From: Candidatus Woesearchaeota archaeon
Lineage (GTDB): Archaea > Nanobdellota > Nanobdellia > Woesearchaeales > UBA583
Direction of reading: 5' to 3'
Assembly: GCA_965205335.1 (NCBI GenBank)
Contig: OZ242164.1
Span: 416,046 to 480,045 of the forward strand
DNA: 64,000 bases
Shown: one piece after another, positions 20,042-28,827 of the stretch
How positions within the stretch are numbered: the stretch's first letter is position 1
How the letters are laid out: each line of letters begins with the position of its first letter
Made by a program: the position numbers and the translations under genes
The notes under the pieces: generated by a model
Database searches by the model: none
What the model saw: only the letters and a program-made list of their open reading frames with translations
What the model was told of the DNA's origin: nothing

Positions 20042-20926
20042 CTACCAATCCTCATCCCCGTAAAGTTCCTTCCATTTCTTCTTTTTATCCTGATACTTTT
20101 GATCTAAAACATCATACACCCTTGACTCATAAAGCTTGGGAACATTCCCCCCACGCAATTTCTTATACTCTTCAATAGCCTTCTCTGCATTAATCAAATC
20201 AGTTCTTAAATCTCCACGATGAGCATCCTTTCCAGAAGTTAGCCATGATATAAGAAGCACAATCAAAACCAAAATAAAAATAATAGGATCAAAAATAAAA
20301 TCTAACACTGACTGTTCCCCATAATTCCACACATAAACTCCAACAATAAATATAAGAAGAGAACCCCATCCCCACAAACCAACCATCATAAAAAAAGCCC
20401 CAAAAACAAAAAGTACAACCGCTATAACGACATTCCAATAAGACCTTGTATCAAGAGGGTCAAAGTCCCACATACCAAAAACTATTCCTAAATAAAACAC
20501 AATAGCACCAAGTCCTATTACTCCAACCACAAAATAAACATGAGTAGAAACATCCTTCTTAAACATTCCTCTAAAAAAATCCTGCCCAAACAAAGAACCA
20601 ACAATATACAAAGTTAAAATACCTATTGTCAAAGCTGAAATATTTGGGAACATCATAATAAGCAAATCCCCTGCCCTATACCCTGAACTTATCTCAAACC
20701 AAACACTAATAGAAGACACAACCAACGCAACAATAAAAACAACAGGCTTTATGGGTTCTCCTGTCTCCTTCTTCTGGAAAATCTGAACATAAGTCAAAAC
20801 CGTATACATAACCGCAAAAATTAACAAAAAGGGAAACAATAAAGTATAATACTCATAATCCAAAAAAATCCTATGAATTTGGGAAAAATCAAGTTGTCTC
20901 AATACCTCTGACACACTACTTACCAT
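20042..20926 (-). CDS. polytopic membrane protein, paralogue of 19296-19976
   Basis: 294 aa. See the paralogue alignment in the entry for 19296-19976. Confidence 0.55.
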   Translation of the reverse strand: MVSSVSEVLRQLDFSQIHRIFLDYEYYTLLFPFLLIFAVMYTVLTYVQIFQKKETGEPIKPVVFIVALVVSSISVWFEISSGYRAGDLLIMMFPNISALTIGILTLYIVGSLFGQDFFRGMFKKDVSTHVYFVVGVIGLGAIVFYLGIVFGMWDFDPLDTRSYWNVVIAVVLFVFGAFFMMVGLWGWGSLLIFIVGVYVWNYGEQSVLDFIFDPIIFILVLIVLLISWLTSGKDAHRGDLRTDLINAEKAIEEYKKLRGGNVPKLYESRVYDVLDQKYQDKKKKWKELYGDEDW

Positions 20927-21007
20927 ACAAATCTACAATAAAAGCAATATATAAATCTTTTTACTCACTAACTCACCATATTAAATACTTAAACTAAAAA
21001 CAAAAAC

Positions 21008-21238
21008 CTATCTCTTTTTAGAGTATCTCCTCTTCCCATGTCCCTCAATATCTTCAAGAATTCTCTCCTCGTCAATCAAAGTCCTCTCAACCATCTTCTC
21101 AATATTTCTGTCAATATTTTGAATATATCTTTGAGTTGTAATAACATGTTTCAATGAATAAATTAAAACCATCATCATTGCCAAAATCGTCCAAAACATA
21201 ACATAAAACATAAAGTTTTCTTCTACTGTCATACTCAA
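21008..21238 (-). CDS. small single-pass membrane protein
   Basis: 76 aa with one hydrophobic helix. First gene of the same-strand cluster 18313-21238. Confidence 0.4.
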   Translation of the reverse strand: MSMTVEENFMFYVMFWTILAMMMVLIYSLKHVITTQRYIQNIDRNIEKMVERTLIDEERILEDIEGHGKRRYSKKR

Positions 21239-21357
21239 AAAGCACCTCCTATAACTTGAACCCTACATAACTCCTTCTCTAAAAATGTTTTTATCATTTT
21301 AAAAATACATTATGAAAAAAGTATAAATCCATTTGCCTTAACTTAAAAGTAAAAAAA

Positions 21358-21432
21358 CGACTCCGCCGAGATTCGAACTCGGGACCTATAGCTTAGGAGG
21401 CTATCGCTCTATCCAAACTGAGCTACGGAGCC
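21358..21432 (-). tRNA. tRNA-Arg (anticodon CCT)
   Basis: Reverse complement folds as GGCTCCG TA GCTC AGTTTGGATA GAGC G ATAGC CTCCTAA GCTAT AGGTC CCGAG TTCGAAT CTCGG CGGAGTC G. 75 nt, no encoded CCA, followed by a T-run. Confidence 0.9.
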
Positions 21433-21521
21433 ACAAAAAAAAACAAAACCAAACCAATTAAAAACCTTTTCATATCCTGCCCAATCCCATCCCATCCAAA
21501 CCAACTCAATATAACTAATCT

Positions 21522-22820
21522 CTAAGACTTCCACCTGTAAATCTCAAGCAACCTATTATACTTGGCAACTCTCTCCCCTCGCGCTGGTGCTCCTAACTTA
21601 ATCGGACATCCCATTGCAACAGCCAAATCAGAAATAAACGCATCTGTTGTCTCACCTGACCTGTGCGAAACTATAACCTGCCACTTCTTAGACATAGCTA
21701 ACCTAAATGCCTCTATGCTCTCACTCAAAGATCCAATCTGATTTATCTTAAGCAAAAGAGAATTACACAACTTCATCCTCAAAGCCTCCTTAATCCTATC
21801 AGTATTTGTTACAAGCAAATCATCTCCAACAACCATCAACTCTGCCTTATTATTAATAGGATTAACAAAACCCAACTTCTTTTTCCTCATAACTTTCATA
21901 AAATAAGAAAAAGCATTCTTATCCTCCTCATCAAAAGGATCTTCAATTGAAATAATTGGATACTTATCAATTAAATTCTCATAATACTTTGAAAGTTCCT
22001 TATAACTTAAAAACAATCCACTCTCAATCTCATACTTCCTTTTTGCAATATCATACAAATCAGATGCCGCAACATCAAGAGCTATAAAAACATAATCCCC
22101 ATAATTTGACTTATCTATAGCCTCAACCAACAAACCAAGTGCTTCATCAGGCTTAGAAATATCTGGAGCAAACCCTCCCTCATCACCAACAGAACTCTGA
22201 CTTCTGCCGTATCTCTCCTCTATCAGCCCCTTTAAAGTATGATAAATCTCACAAACCGCTTTTACATTACTCTCAAAAGAATCAAAATTAGGAACTATCA
22301 TAAACTCCTGAATATTTAAACTATTACCACTGTGCAAACCCCCATTAATAACATTTGAAAAAAGAGCAGTATTTGATAACCTCATCTCTGATTTGCCCTT
22401 AAAACTCTTCCCATTTACTAACCTATAAAGATACTCACTTAAACTTAAGTTATAAAATTTAGCGGATGCCTTTGCAAAAGCAATACTAATTCCCAAAACA
22501 TTATTTGCACCTAAAACAGACTTATTCTCTGTCCCATCAATCATAAGAAGTTTTCTATCCAGCCCTTCCTGCGTAAAATTCTTCCCAATCAATTCATACT
22601 TAATCTCCTCAATAATATTAATTGCCCTTAGAACTCCCATCCCGAAAAAAGCATTCATATTGCCATCTCGAAGTTCAAGAGCCTCTGACCTTCCCTTTGA
22701 CGCTCCGCTTGGAACTTGAAAACTTCCCGCTGAGCCATCCTCAAGCATAACATCCACCTGCAAAGTTGGATTTCCCCTTGAATCTAAAACCTGTAAACCT
22801 TTCAAATCTATTATCTTCAT
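21522..22820 (-). CDS. eno: enolase
   Basis: 432 aa. Motifs VLDSRGNPTLQVDV, SHRSGETTD, KLNQIGSLSE-like. Confidence 0.95.
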   Translation of the reverse strand: MKIIDLKGLQVLDSRGNPTLQVDVMLEDGSAGSFQVPSGASKGRSEALELRDGNMNAFFGMGVLRAINIIEEIKYELIGKNFTQEGLDRKLLMIDGTENKSVLGANNVLGISIAFAKASAKFYNLSLSEYLYRLVNGKSFKGKSEMRLSNTALFSNVINGGLHSGNSLNIQEFMIVPNFDSFESNVKAVCEIYHTLKGLIEERYGRSQSSVGDEGGFAPDISKPDEALGLLVEAIDKSNYGDYVFIALDVAASDLYDIAKRKYEIESGLFLSYKELSKYYENLIDKYPIISIEDPFDEEDKNAFSYFMKVMRKKKLGFVNPINNKAELMVVGDDLLVTNTDRIKEALRMKLCNSLLLKINQIGSLSESIEAFRLAMSKKWQVIVSHRSGETTDAFISDLAVAMGCPIKLGAPARGERVAKYNRLLEIYRWKS

Positions 22821-22876
22821 AAAAAAAAAACCAAACTAAAATTTATGTAGTTTTATAACTACTGCAAATAAAAGAA

Positions 22877-23101
22877 TTAATCCCGTGCAACCTTACTAAT
22901 AGCCTCAACTATACTATCTGTCTTATCCCTTGTAAACAAAATATTTGTCTTATACCTCTTCTGTCCATCATCTGTTGTCCAGCCTTTGGAAATGCCAACA
23001 AACAAATTATCTCTTTCAGGGTGTCTTTTCAAAGTAATCTCAATGAAATTATTACCCCCTGCCTCAACCTCTTCTCTCTTTAATGTTTCCCATTCAGACA
23101 T
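22877..23101 (-). CDS. small hypothetical protein
   Basis: 74 aa compact ORF. No family confidently recognised. Confidence 0.4.
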   Translation of the reverse strand: MSEWETLKREEVEAGGNNFIEITLKRHPERDNLFVGISKGWTTDDGQKRYKTNILFTRDKTDSIVEAISKVARD

Positions 23102-23317
23102 TTTCTATTCATCTCTTCTAGCACTATAAGGAGAATATCACTTATTTAAAAACTTATCGGGAACTAGGTTCTGTTAAATTTGATGGAAATTCAAAACAAA
23201 TTTGAAGTTCCCACAACTCAGAATAAGAAAAACTAATTTATGGACAAAGCCCTTAACATAGGGTTCTGTTTGTTTTTAGGGGGATGGTTGCTTTTTGAAT
23301 TAATTTTTTTATAAGAA

Positions 23318-23635
23318 TTAAACTTCTATCTTTCTTAGAACATTATTATTTATATAATTTACAGTTTCTTTCATTGGTTCAGGTTGATTTTTAACTAATT
23401 CCCATTTTTCATTGTAGCTCATTTTTTGTATTTCATATTCTCTTTTTATCGCTTCTTTTCTATTCTTTACTTCTTCTTGATATATCATTTGTACAAATCC
23501 GCATGCTCTAATATACATTGATGAACTTCTTCCTTCTTTATAATGTTGTATTATTCTTCTAAATGAATTGTTTGTTTGTCCAACATATAGAGCACCATTT
23601 TTACACAATATTATATAAACATAATAAGGTTTCAT
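23318..23635 (-). CDS. GIY-YIG domain nuclease-like protein (UPF0213 type)
   Basis: N-terminus YYVYIILCKNGALYVGQTNNSFRRIIQH matches the GIY-(10)-YIG...R pattern. Confidence 0.8.
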   Translation of the reverse strand: MKPYYVYIILCKNGALYVGQTNNSFRRIIQHYKEGRSSSMYIRACGFVQMIYQEEVKNRKEAIKREYEIQKMSYNEKWELVKNQPEPMKETVNYINNNVLRKIEV

Positions 23636-23811
23636 AACTTATCAGTAATAACTTTATATTTATAAAATTACCGAACATTGAAGAAAAAGAATAATTAGGA
23701 ATGGCGATGAGAGAGTTTTAATCCTTGAAATTTAATTACCTTATAGAAGTAATAAAAAACTTTATAAGTTTGAGAATCTTATCTATAATAGAATAGTTAG
23801 AAATTTAATAA

Positions 23812-24039
23812 ATGTTGGTGGTTAAGATGACAAATATAAATACAGAAAAAGAGGGAGAACGAATCGTAAGTGTAATTAAACATATGAAAGGTTCAGATAT
23901 AAAGAATATAAAACTTAAAAAAGAAAAAGGTATTAAAGACACAGACAATGTTAAATTAGTTGTAAAAGAAAACTCGCCAAGAAGATTAGATTATGTTAAA
24001 TCGCAAGGAAGAATGTCTGATTTAATTAATTCTTTATAA
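23812..24039 (+). CDS. hypothetical protein
   Basis: 75 aa, Lys-rich, no family recognised. Confidence 0.35.
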   Translation: MLVVKMTNINTEKEGERIVSVIKHMKGSDIKNIKLKKEKGIKDTDNVKLVVKENSPRRLDYVKSQGRMSDLINSL

Positions 24040-24046
24040 TTTTAAG

Positions 24047-24592
24047 ATGTTAGATGAATATGATTTAAGTAGTGTTTCTATAATTAATGATGGTTCATTA
24101 TATACTATATCTGAGAATATAAAAAGTAAGATCTATTCCTTATATGATAATAATTTAGCCGACATATTAAGTAAATTATCAAAAGAAGAACTTTATATTC
24201 TTGTTTTCTTTGATGAATTTTGGGAAGGAGATAATAAAATTATTTTAGCATCATGGAAATATGATGAAATAATGAGAAGTTTAAGAATAAAAAGAAAACA
24301 TCAAGATAAGAAAGAAAGTAGAGAATCTAATTTTGAAGATTTATTTTTAAGGTCAAGTGTCATTGATATACAAACAAATATCAAAGAAGATTTAATATTT
24401 ATTAAAAAAATCAATGAATTAATAAATAGAGATGAAAAGAATGGTAAATTTTTAATATTAACAAATAATGAGAAAATAGTTGATAATAAAAAAGTATTTT
24501 CAATATCTAAATTTTGTGAAGAATTAAAGAAAGTACCTGATTTTATGAAAATAATTAAAGATAAATATACCATTGAACCTAACAATCCATAA
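24047..24592 (+). CDS. hypothetical protein
   Basis: 181 aa, no family recognised. Immediately follows the 75-aa ORF. Confidence 0.4.
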   Translation: MLDEYDLSSVSIINDGSLYTISENIKSKIYSLYDNNLADILSKLSKEELYILVFFDEFWEGDNKIILASWKYDEIMRSLRIKRKHQDKKESRESNFEDLFLRSSVIDIQTNIKEDLIFIKKINELINRDEKNGKFLILTNNEKIVDNKKVFSISKFCEELKKVPDFMKIIKDKYTIEPNNP

Positions 24593-24672
24593 TCACACTT
24601 CTTTCTAATCTTTCATAGTAACTAATACTTTTCCTTATCAGTTAATTTACTTTCTGAATATCCCAATATGGT

Positions 24673-24834
24673 CTACTTCAACTTAATTCTCAACACATCT
24701 CTTTCTATCTTTGCTTCTAATTCATTCCCTGTTTTCCAATTTAACTCTTTAACTATCTCATTAGGTATAACTACCCAATGTTTTCTATATTCTTTATCTT
24801 TGTGAACTCTGCTTATTTGACTCTGTAATTTCAT
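24673..24834 (-). CDS. AbrB/SpoVT (MazE-like) swapped-hairpin DNA-binding protein, 53 aa (below the ORF-track cutoff)
   Basis: My translation: MKLQSQISRVHKDKEYRKHWVVIPNEIVKELNWKTGNELEAKIERDVLRIKLK. The VVIPNEIVKELNWKTGNEL block is the classic AbrB/SpoVT motif. TATA box 24860-24867 lies 25 nt upstream. Confidence 0.6.
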   Translation of the reverse strand: MKLQSQISRVHKDKEYRKHWVVIPNEIVKELNWKTGNELEAKIERDVLRIKLK

Positions 24835-24845
24835 AATACTTAATA

Positions 24846-24914
24846 TTAGATACCTATTCTTTATAAACCTTTCGGTATCTAAAACGATAATTTTATAAAT
24901 ATGGTTAGATACCT
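24846..24914. promoter_or_regulatory. divergent promoter region with three copies of TTAGATACC(T) interleaved with two TTTATAAA boxes
   Basis: TTAGATACCT at 24846-24855 (+) and 24905-24914 (+). Its complement (9 of 10) at 24873-24882. TATA boxes at 24860-24867 and 24892-24899. Confidence 0.5.
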
Positions 24915-24968
24915 AACATTATGACACAAACAACACCAATGCAGGAGCGTGAACACTGAAGCGATATT

Positions 24969-26720
24969 ATGTATAGCAGTGGGATAACTCCCGTTCCTAT
25001 CTTTGATGAGAACTATTGGGTTAAGTCTCAGTTCACAGATAAGGAATATCAGACGTCTTTAAGTTCTTGCACTTGCCCAGATAATAAGACAGGATACGTT
25101 TGCAAACACATTTTATTACTTAAAGGACATTTGAATGATAATAACAAGAAGTGTTTAAAATGTGGGTCTGAGAACGTTGTTAAGAATGGACTAAAGAAAG
25201 GCAAGTATGGAGTTAAACAAACGTATAAGTGTAAGAGTTGTAATAGTAAGTTTGTAGATAATGATATTTCAGAATACAAGGCGAATATGAAAGTAATTAT
25301 TAAGTGTATGGACTTGTATTTTAAAGGTGAATCATACCGAAGTATAGTTAATACTTTAAAGCAGTTTCACAATATTAAAGTAAATCCTGATACAATTATG
25401 AAATGGGTTAAGAAGTACACCATAGTAATTGATACTTATTTAAGTAACTTTAAACCTGTTGTATCTGATACTTGGCATACTGACGAACAGTTTATTAAAG
25501 TTAAAGGTAATCAGAAGTATATATGGAACTGTATGGACAACAAGACTAAGTTTTTACTTGCTTCTAATGTAACTAATCAACGTTCAACAAAAGACGCTCT
25601 AAAACTATTTAAGATGGCTAAGAGTACAGCAGGGAAGAAGGCTCAAACAGTAATCACAGACGGAAGTTTTAGTTATTCAAAGAGTGTTAAAAAGGAGTTT
25701 GCAACTTATAAGAATAAGAAACCACACTATCGTTATGTTAGTTTGAAACAAAAGAATAGTAACAATAACATCATAGAACGTTATCACGGAACACATAAAG
25801 ACCGTACTAAATCAATGCGTGGAATGAAATCTCTTAAAGGAGTTCAAACTTACAATATAGGATTTAAGAATTACTATAACTTTGTCAAATCTCATATGGG
25901 TTTAAATGGATTAACTCCTGCACAAGCAAGCGGTTTAAATGTTCCTGCAAATTGGGAAAATATTTTGAAGAAATATAATCTATCTGAACCCTCTTTGCAA
26001 CAAAAAACAAAATTTCCAATTCCTAACGCTCCTTGGAGTGACGATGATATAAACATATTAATTGAATTATATAACGAAAATGATAGGAATATATTGAAAG
26101 TGAAAGCAATGATAAGAGAGAATTCAGAAATATCACAACAACTCTTTGGAAGAAGCAAGGATGCAGTTTTAGCGAAGTTAAATAGTTTAATAAATGAAAA
26201 ATCGGATTCTTTGCCAAGAGGTTATGAAATTGATTCTAGAGGAGTATCTTCTTACCCAGAAAAAGTTGAAAGATGGTTTTCTGAAATCTACAATTATTCT
26301 CTTGTGCATAATGAACCTAGAATCTTAGATATATTTCCAGTGATTAGTTATTATTATCCATATAAACATCCTGTAACAGAAGATAGTTGTTATATTTTAC
26401 TCGTACCGCTTATGTTTAGAGGATATGATTTAGATAAGTATAAGTCCTTTGAACAGTTTATAATTTCAAGATTGTTTTCCAAATTAATAGATCGTAATTC
26501 AAATGAGTTAATTCCTCCTGATGGGATTTTAGAAATGAAAAAACCTAAAGAATTCCATTTCTTTCCTTCAATTTCAAAAGGTTCATCTTTAGTTGGATTA
26601 TATGTTAGAAAAAAATTTAGTTTAAATGAAAATATGGACACATTTGAATTTCCAGAGGAAATTGAATTTGAAGACGGGAAGAAGAAAATTTTTAATTATT
26701 GGATATTTCATGAGGACTAA
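24969..26720 (+). CDS. SWIM zinc finger + zinc ribbon + IS6-family-like DDE transposase core + Myb/SANT-like segment + about 200 aa unknown C-terminal domain
   Basis: CTCPDNKTGYVCKH (SWIM CxCxnCxH). CLKCGS...CKSCNS ribbon. WHTDEQFIKVKGNQKYIWNCMD, VITDGSFSY and NNIIERYHGTHKDRTKSMRG match the IS6/IS240-type D-D-E spacing. WSDDDINILIELY is Myb-like. Confidence 0.7.
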   Translation: MYSSGITPVPIFDENYWVKSQFTDKEYQTSLSSCTCPDNKTGYVCKHILLLKGHLNDNNKKCLKCGSENVVKNGLKKGKYGVKQTYKCKSCNSKFVDNDISEYKANMKVIIKCMDLYFKGESYRSIVNTLKQFHNIKVNPDTIMKWVKKYTIVIDTYLSNFKPVVSDTWHTDEQFIKVKGNQKYIWNCMDNKTKFLLASNVTNQRSTKDALKLFKMAKSTAGKKAQTVITDGSFSYSKSVKKEFATYKNKKPHYRYVSLKQKNSNNNIIERYHGTHKDRTKSMRGMKSLKGVQTYNIGFKNYYNFVKSHMGLNGLTPAQASGLNVPANWENILKKYNLSEPSLQQKTKFPIPNAPWSDDDINILIELYNENDRNILKVKAMIRENSEISQQLFGRSKDAVLAKLNSLINEKSDSLPRGYEIDSRGVSSYPEKVERWFSEIYNYSLVHNEPRILDIFPVISYYYPYKHPVTEDSCYILLVPLMFRGYDLDKYKSFEQFIISRLFSKLIDRNSNELIPPDGILEMKKPKEFHFFPSISKGSSLVGLYVRKKFSLNENMDTFEFPEEIEFEDGKKKIFNYWIFHED

Positions 26721-26751
26721 AATGCTCATATACTGAAAATAGATGTGAGAC

Positions 26752-28578
26752 TTAACTCTTCTTATCCTTTTTTTTCACATCCAACTTAATCCCTAAATCC
26801 TTTAACTGATTTTCATTATGAACACTAGAAGGGGACTTTGTCAGAGGATCAAACCCATGCTTATTTCTAGGAAAAGCAATCACATCCCTAATAGATGACT
26901 TACCCTCCAAAATTGATATAATCCTATCAAGCCCAAGAGCACAGCCTCTATGTGAAGGAGCCCCATAATTATACGCCCGAACAAACCATCCGAAATTCTC
27001 CTCTATCTTCTCCTTCGAAAACCCAACCAACTCAAACATTTTGCTTTGAAGATCAGGAAGATGAATCCTCTTAGCCCCACTTCCTATCTCAACCCCATTA
27101 TAAACAAGATCATAACAATCCGACTTCAATGATAAAAGTCTCTCCTTCTCTCTCTCAATATCAGAAACCTTAACACCTAATAAATAATCAACATCCTCAT
27201 CCTTACACATTGTAAAAGGATTATGCTCAAAATCCAAACTATCTGTCTCCTCATTCCAATGAAAAGGAGGAAAATCAACAATCCAAGTTAAAATATGCTT
27301 ATCTTTCTTAATAAAATCAAACCTCTCAGCTAAATGCCTTCTTAACAAATCAAGAATCTTATTTGCATTTGCCTTTGAATCCGAAATAAAAAACAATAAA
27401 TCGCCTGCTTTCGCATTAAACCTCTCTCTGATTTTACTTAGTTCCTCCTCCTTAAAAAATTTGCAAATAGAACCATCAAGACCTAATTTCTCAACTTTCA
27501 TCCATGCAAGCCCCTTTGCACCAAGCTCCTTTTGAGAAAACTCAATTAACTTATCAATCTTCTTTCTTCCAAGAAGACTCTGCCCCCCATTCAACCTTAA
27601 ACCCTTAACTATTCCGCCATTTCTAACATTATTAGAAAAAACTCCAAACCCACAATCCAAACAAATATCAGAAATATCAACCAAAGAATCCAGAGTTATC
27701 CTAAAATCAGGCTTATCACAGCCATACTTGCTCATTACCTCATCATACGTCATTACCCCTACTTCTTCCTTAATCTCAACGCCATAAACACTCTTAAAAG
27801 ACTTTATAAGAACCTTGTTTATAAACTCAAACAACTCCTCTCGTGAAATAAAAGATGCTTCCATATCAAGTTGTTTAAACTCATACTGCCTATCCTTTCT
27901 TAAATCCTCATCCCTAAAACATGTTGGAAGTTGATAATACTTCTCAACCCCTCCTATCATTAAAATCTGCTTAAACATCTGAGGGGCTTGAGGCAATGCA
28001 AAAAACTTTCCGTGATGCTTTCTTGACGGAACTATAAAATCTCTTGCCCCCTCAGGTGATGATGCGCTAAGAATTGGAGTATCAATCTCAAGATACCCTT
28101 CCTCATCAAAATTATCCCTTATTGCCTTATATAACTTTGACCTGTTCTTTAAAATATTATACATGCTTGGTCTTCTCAAATCAAGATACCTGTACTCAAG
28201 CCTTATATCCTCATTCACATCCTTAAACGTCTCATCATCCAACTCAAAAGGCAGAACATCACACTTATTAACCAAACTAAAAGACTTAACCAAAACCTCA
28301 ATCTCACCCGTATTTAACTTTTCATTTTTCGTACCATCAGGTCTTGGACGAACAACCCCACTGACTTCAATTAAATATTCCCTTCTAAACGAATCCACTT
28401 CTTTGAAATTCTCTGTCACATCTGGATCAAACACAATCTGGGTCAAACCTTCTCTATCCTTCAAATCTATAAACTTCTTTCCACCATGGTTGCGAACCCT
28501 CTGAGCCCAGCCAATAAGTTCCACATCTGCCTTATCATCTTTAATCATTAATTCATTACATGTATGAGTACGCATCAT
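26752..28578 (-). CDS. aspS: aspartyl-tRNA synthetase, bacterial type with GAD insertion domain
   Basis: 608 aa. N-terminus MRTHTCNEL...FIDLKDREGLTQIVFDP parallels E. coli AspS. The length indicates the bacterial-type insertion domain. Confidence 0.9.
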   Translation of the reverse strand: MMRTHTCNELMIKDDKADVELIGWAQRVRNHGGKKFIDLKDREGLTQIVFDPDVTENFKEVDSFRREYLIEVSGVVRPRPDGTKNEKLNTGEIEVLVKSFSLVNKCDVLPFELDDETFKDVNEDIRLEYRYLDLRRPSMYNILKNRSKLYKAIRDNFDEEGYLEIDTPILSASSPEGARDFIVPSRKHHGKFFALPQAPQMFKQILMIGGVEKYYQLPTCFRDEDLRKDRQYEFKQLDMEASFISREELFEFINKVLIKSFKSVYGVEIKEEVGVMTYDEVMSKYGCDKPDFRITLDSLVDISDICLDCGFGVFSNNVRNGGIVKGLRLNGGQSLLGRKKIDKLIEFSQKELGAKGLAWMKVEKLGLDGSICKFFKEEELSKIRERFNAKAGDLLFFISDSKANANKILDLLRRHLAERFDFIKKDKHILTWIVDFPPFHWNEETDSLDFEHNPFTMCKDEDVDYLLGVKVSDIEREKERLLSLKSDCYDLVYNGVEIGSGAKRIHLPDLQSKMFELVGFSKEKIEENFGWFVRAYNYGAPSHRGCALGLDRIISILEGKSSIRDVIAFPRNKHGFDPLTKSPSSVHNENQLKDLGIKLDVKKKDKKS

Positions 28579-28608
28579 TCTCTTATAACAACCGATAAAC
28601 TATATCCT

Positions 28609-28616
28609 TTTATAAA
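28609..28616 (-). promoter_or_regulatory. TATA box TTTATAAA upstream of aspS
   Basis: Palindromic TTTATAAA 30 nt from the aspS ATG at 28578. Separated by 6 nt from the MITE target duplication. Confidence 0.5.
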
Positions 28617-28630
28617 TATTTGTGGTAATT

Positions 28631-28758
28631 GGCTCTGTCCGAAAATTCAAGAGAACTTAAAATGTTATATAAATAAAGCAATTTTTGACAAATATTTTTT
28701 TTCTTTGATTGAATATAGTTAGCATAAATTTTGGAAAAAACAATTTTCGGACAGAGCC
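28631..28758 (+). mobile_element. MITE copy 1 (128 bp), 17-bp TIR GGCTCTGTCCGAAAATT, 8-bp TSD TGGTAATT
   Basis: Identical to the copy at 50411-50538. Perfect terminal inverted repeats. TGGTAATT is present on both flanks (28623-28630 and 28759-28766). Confidence 0.9.
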
Positions 28759-28827
28759 TGGTAATTAGTTCTATAACAGAACCACAGAATAGAAATCTTT
28801 TTAAATAGAAAAATTTGGAAGTAACGT

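Noticed and set aside
23167-28783. GGTTCTGTT (an IS6-like terminus) at 23167-23175 and 23262-23270, with its complement at 28775-28783. Together these could bracket a 5.5-kb composite element carrying the transposase fusion and aspS.
   Set aside because: Only 9 nt are shared, the sequences diverge immediately afterwards, and I found no matching 8-bp target duplications. Chance occurrence cannot be excluded without a genome-wide count.
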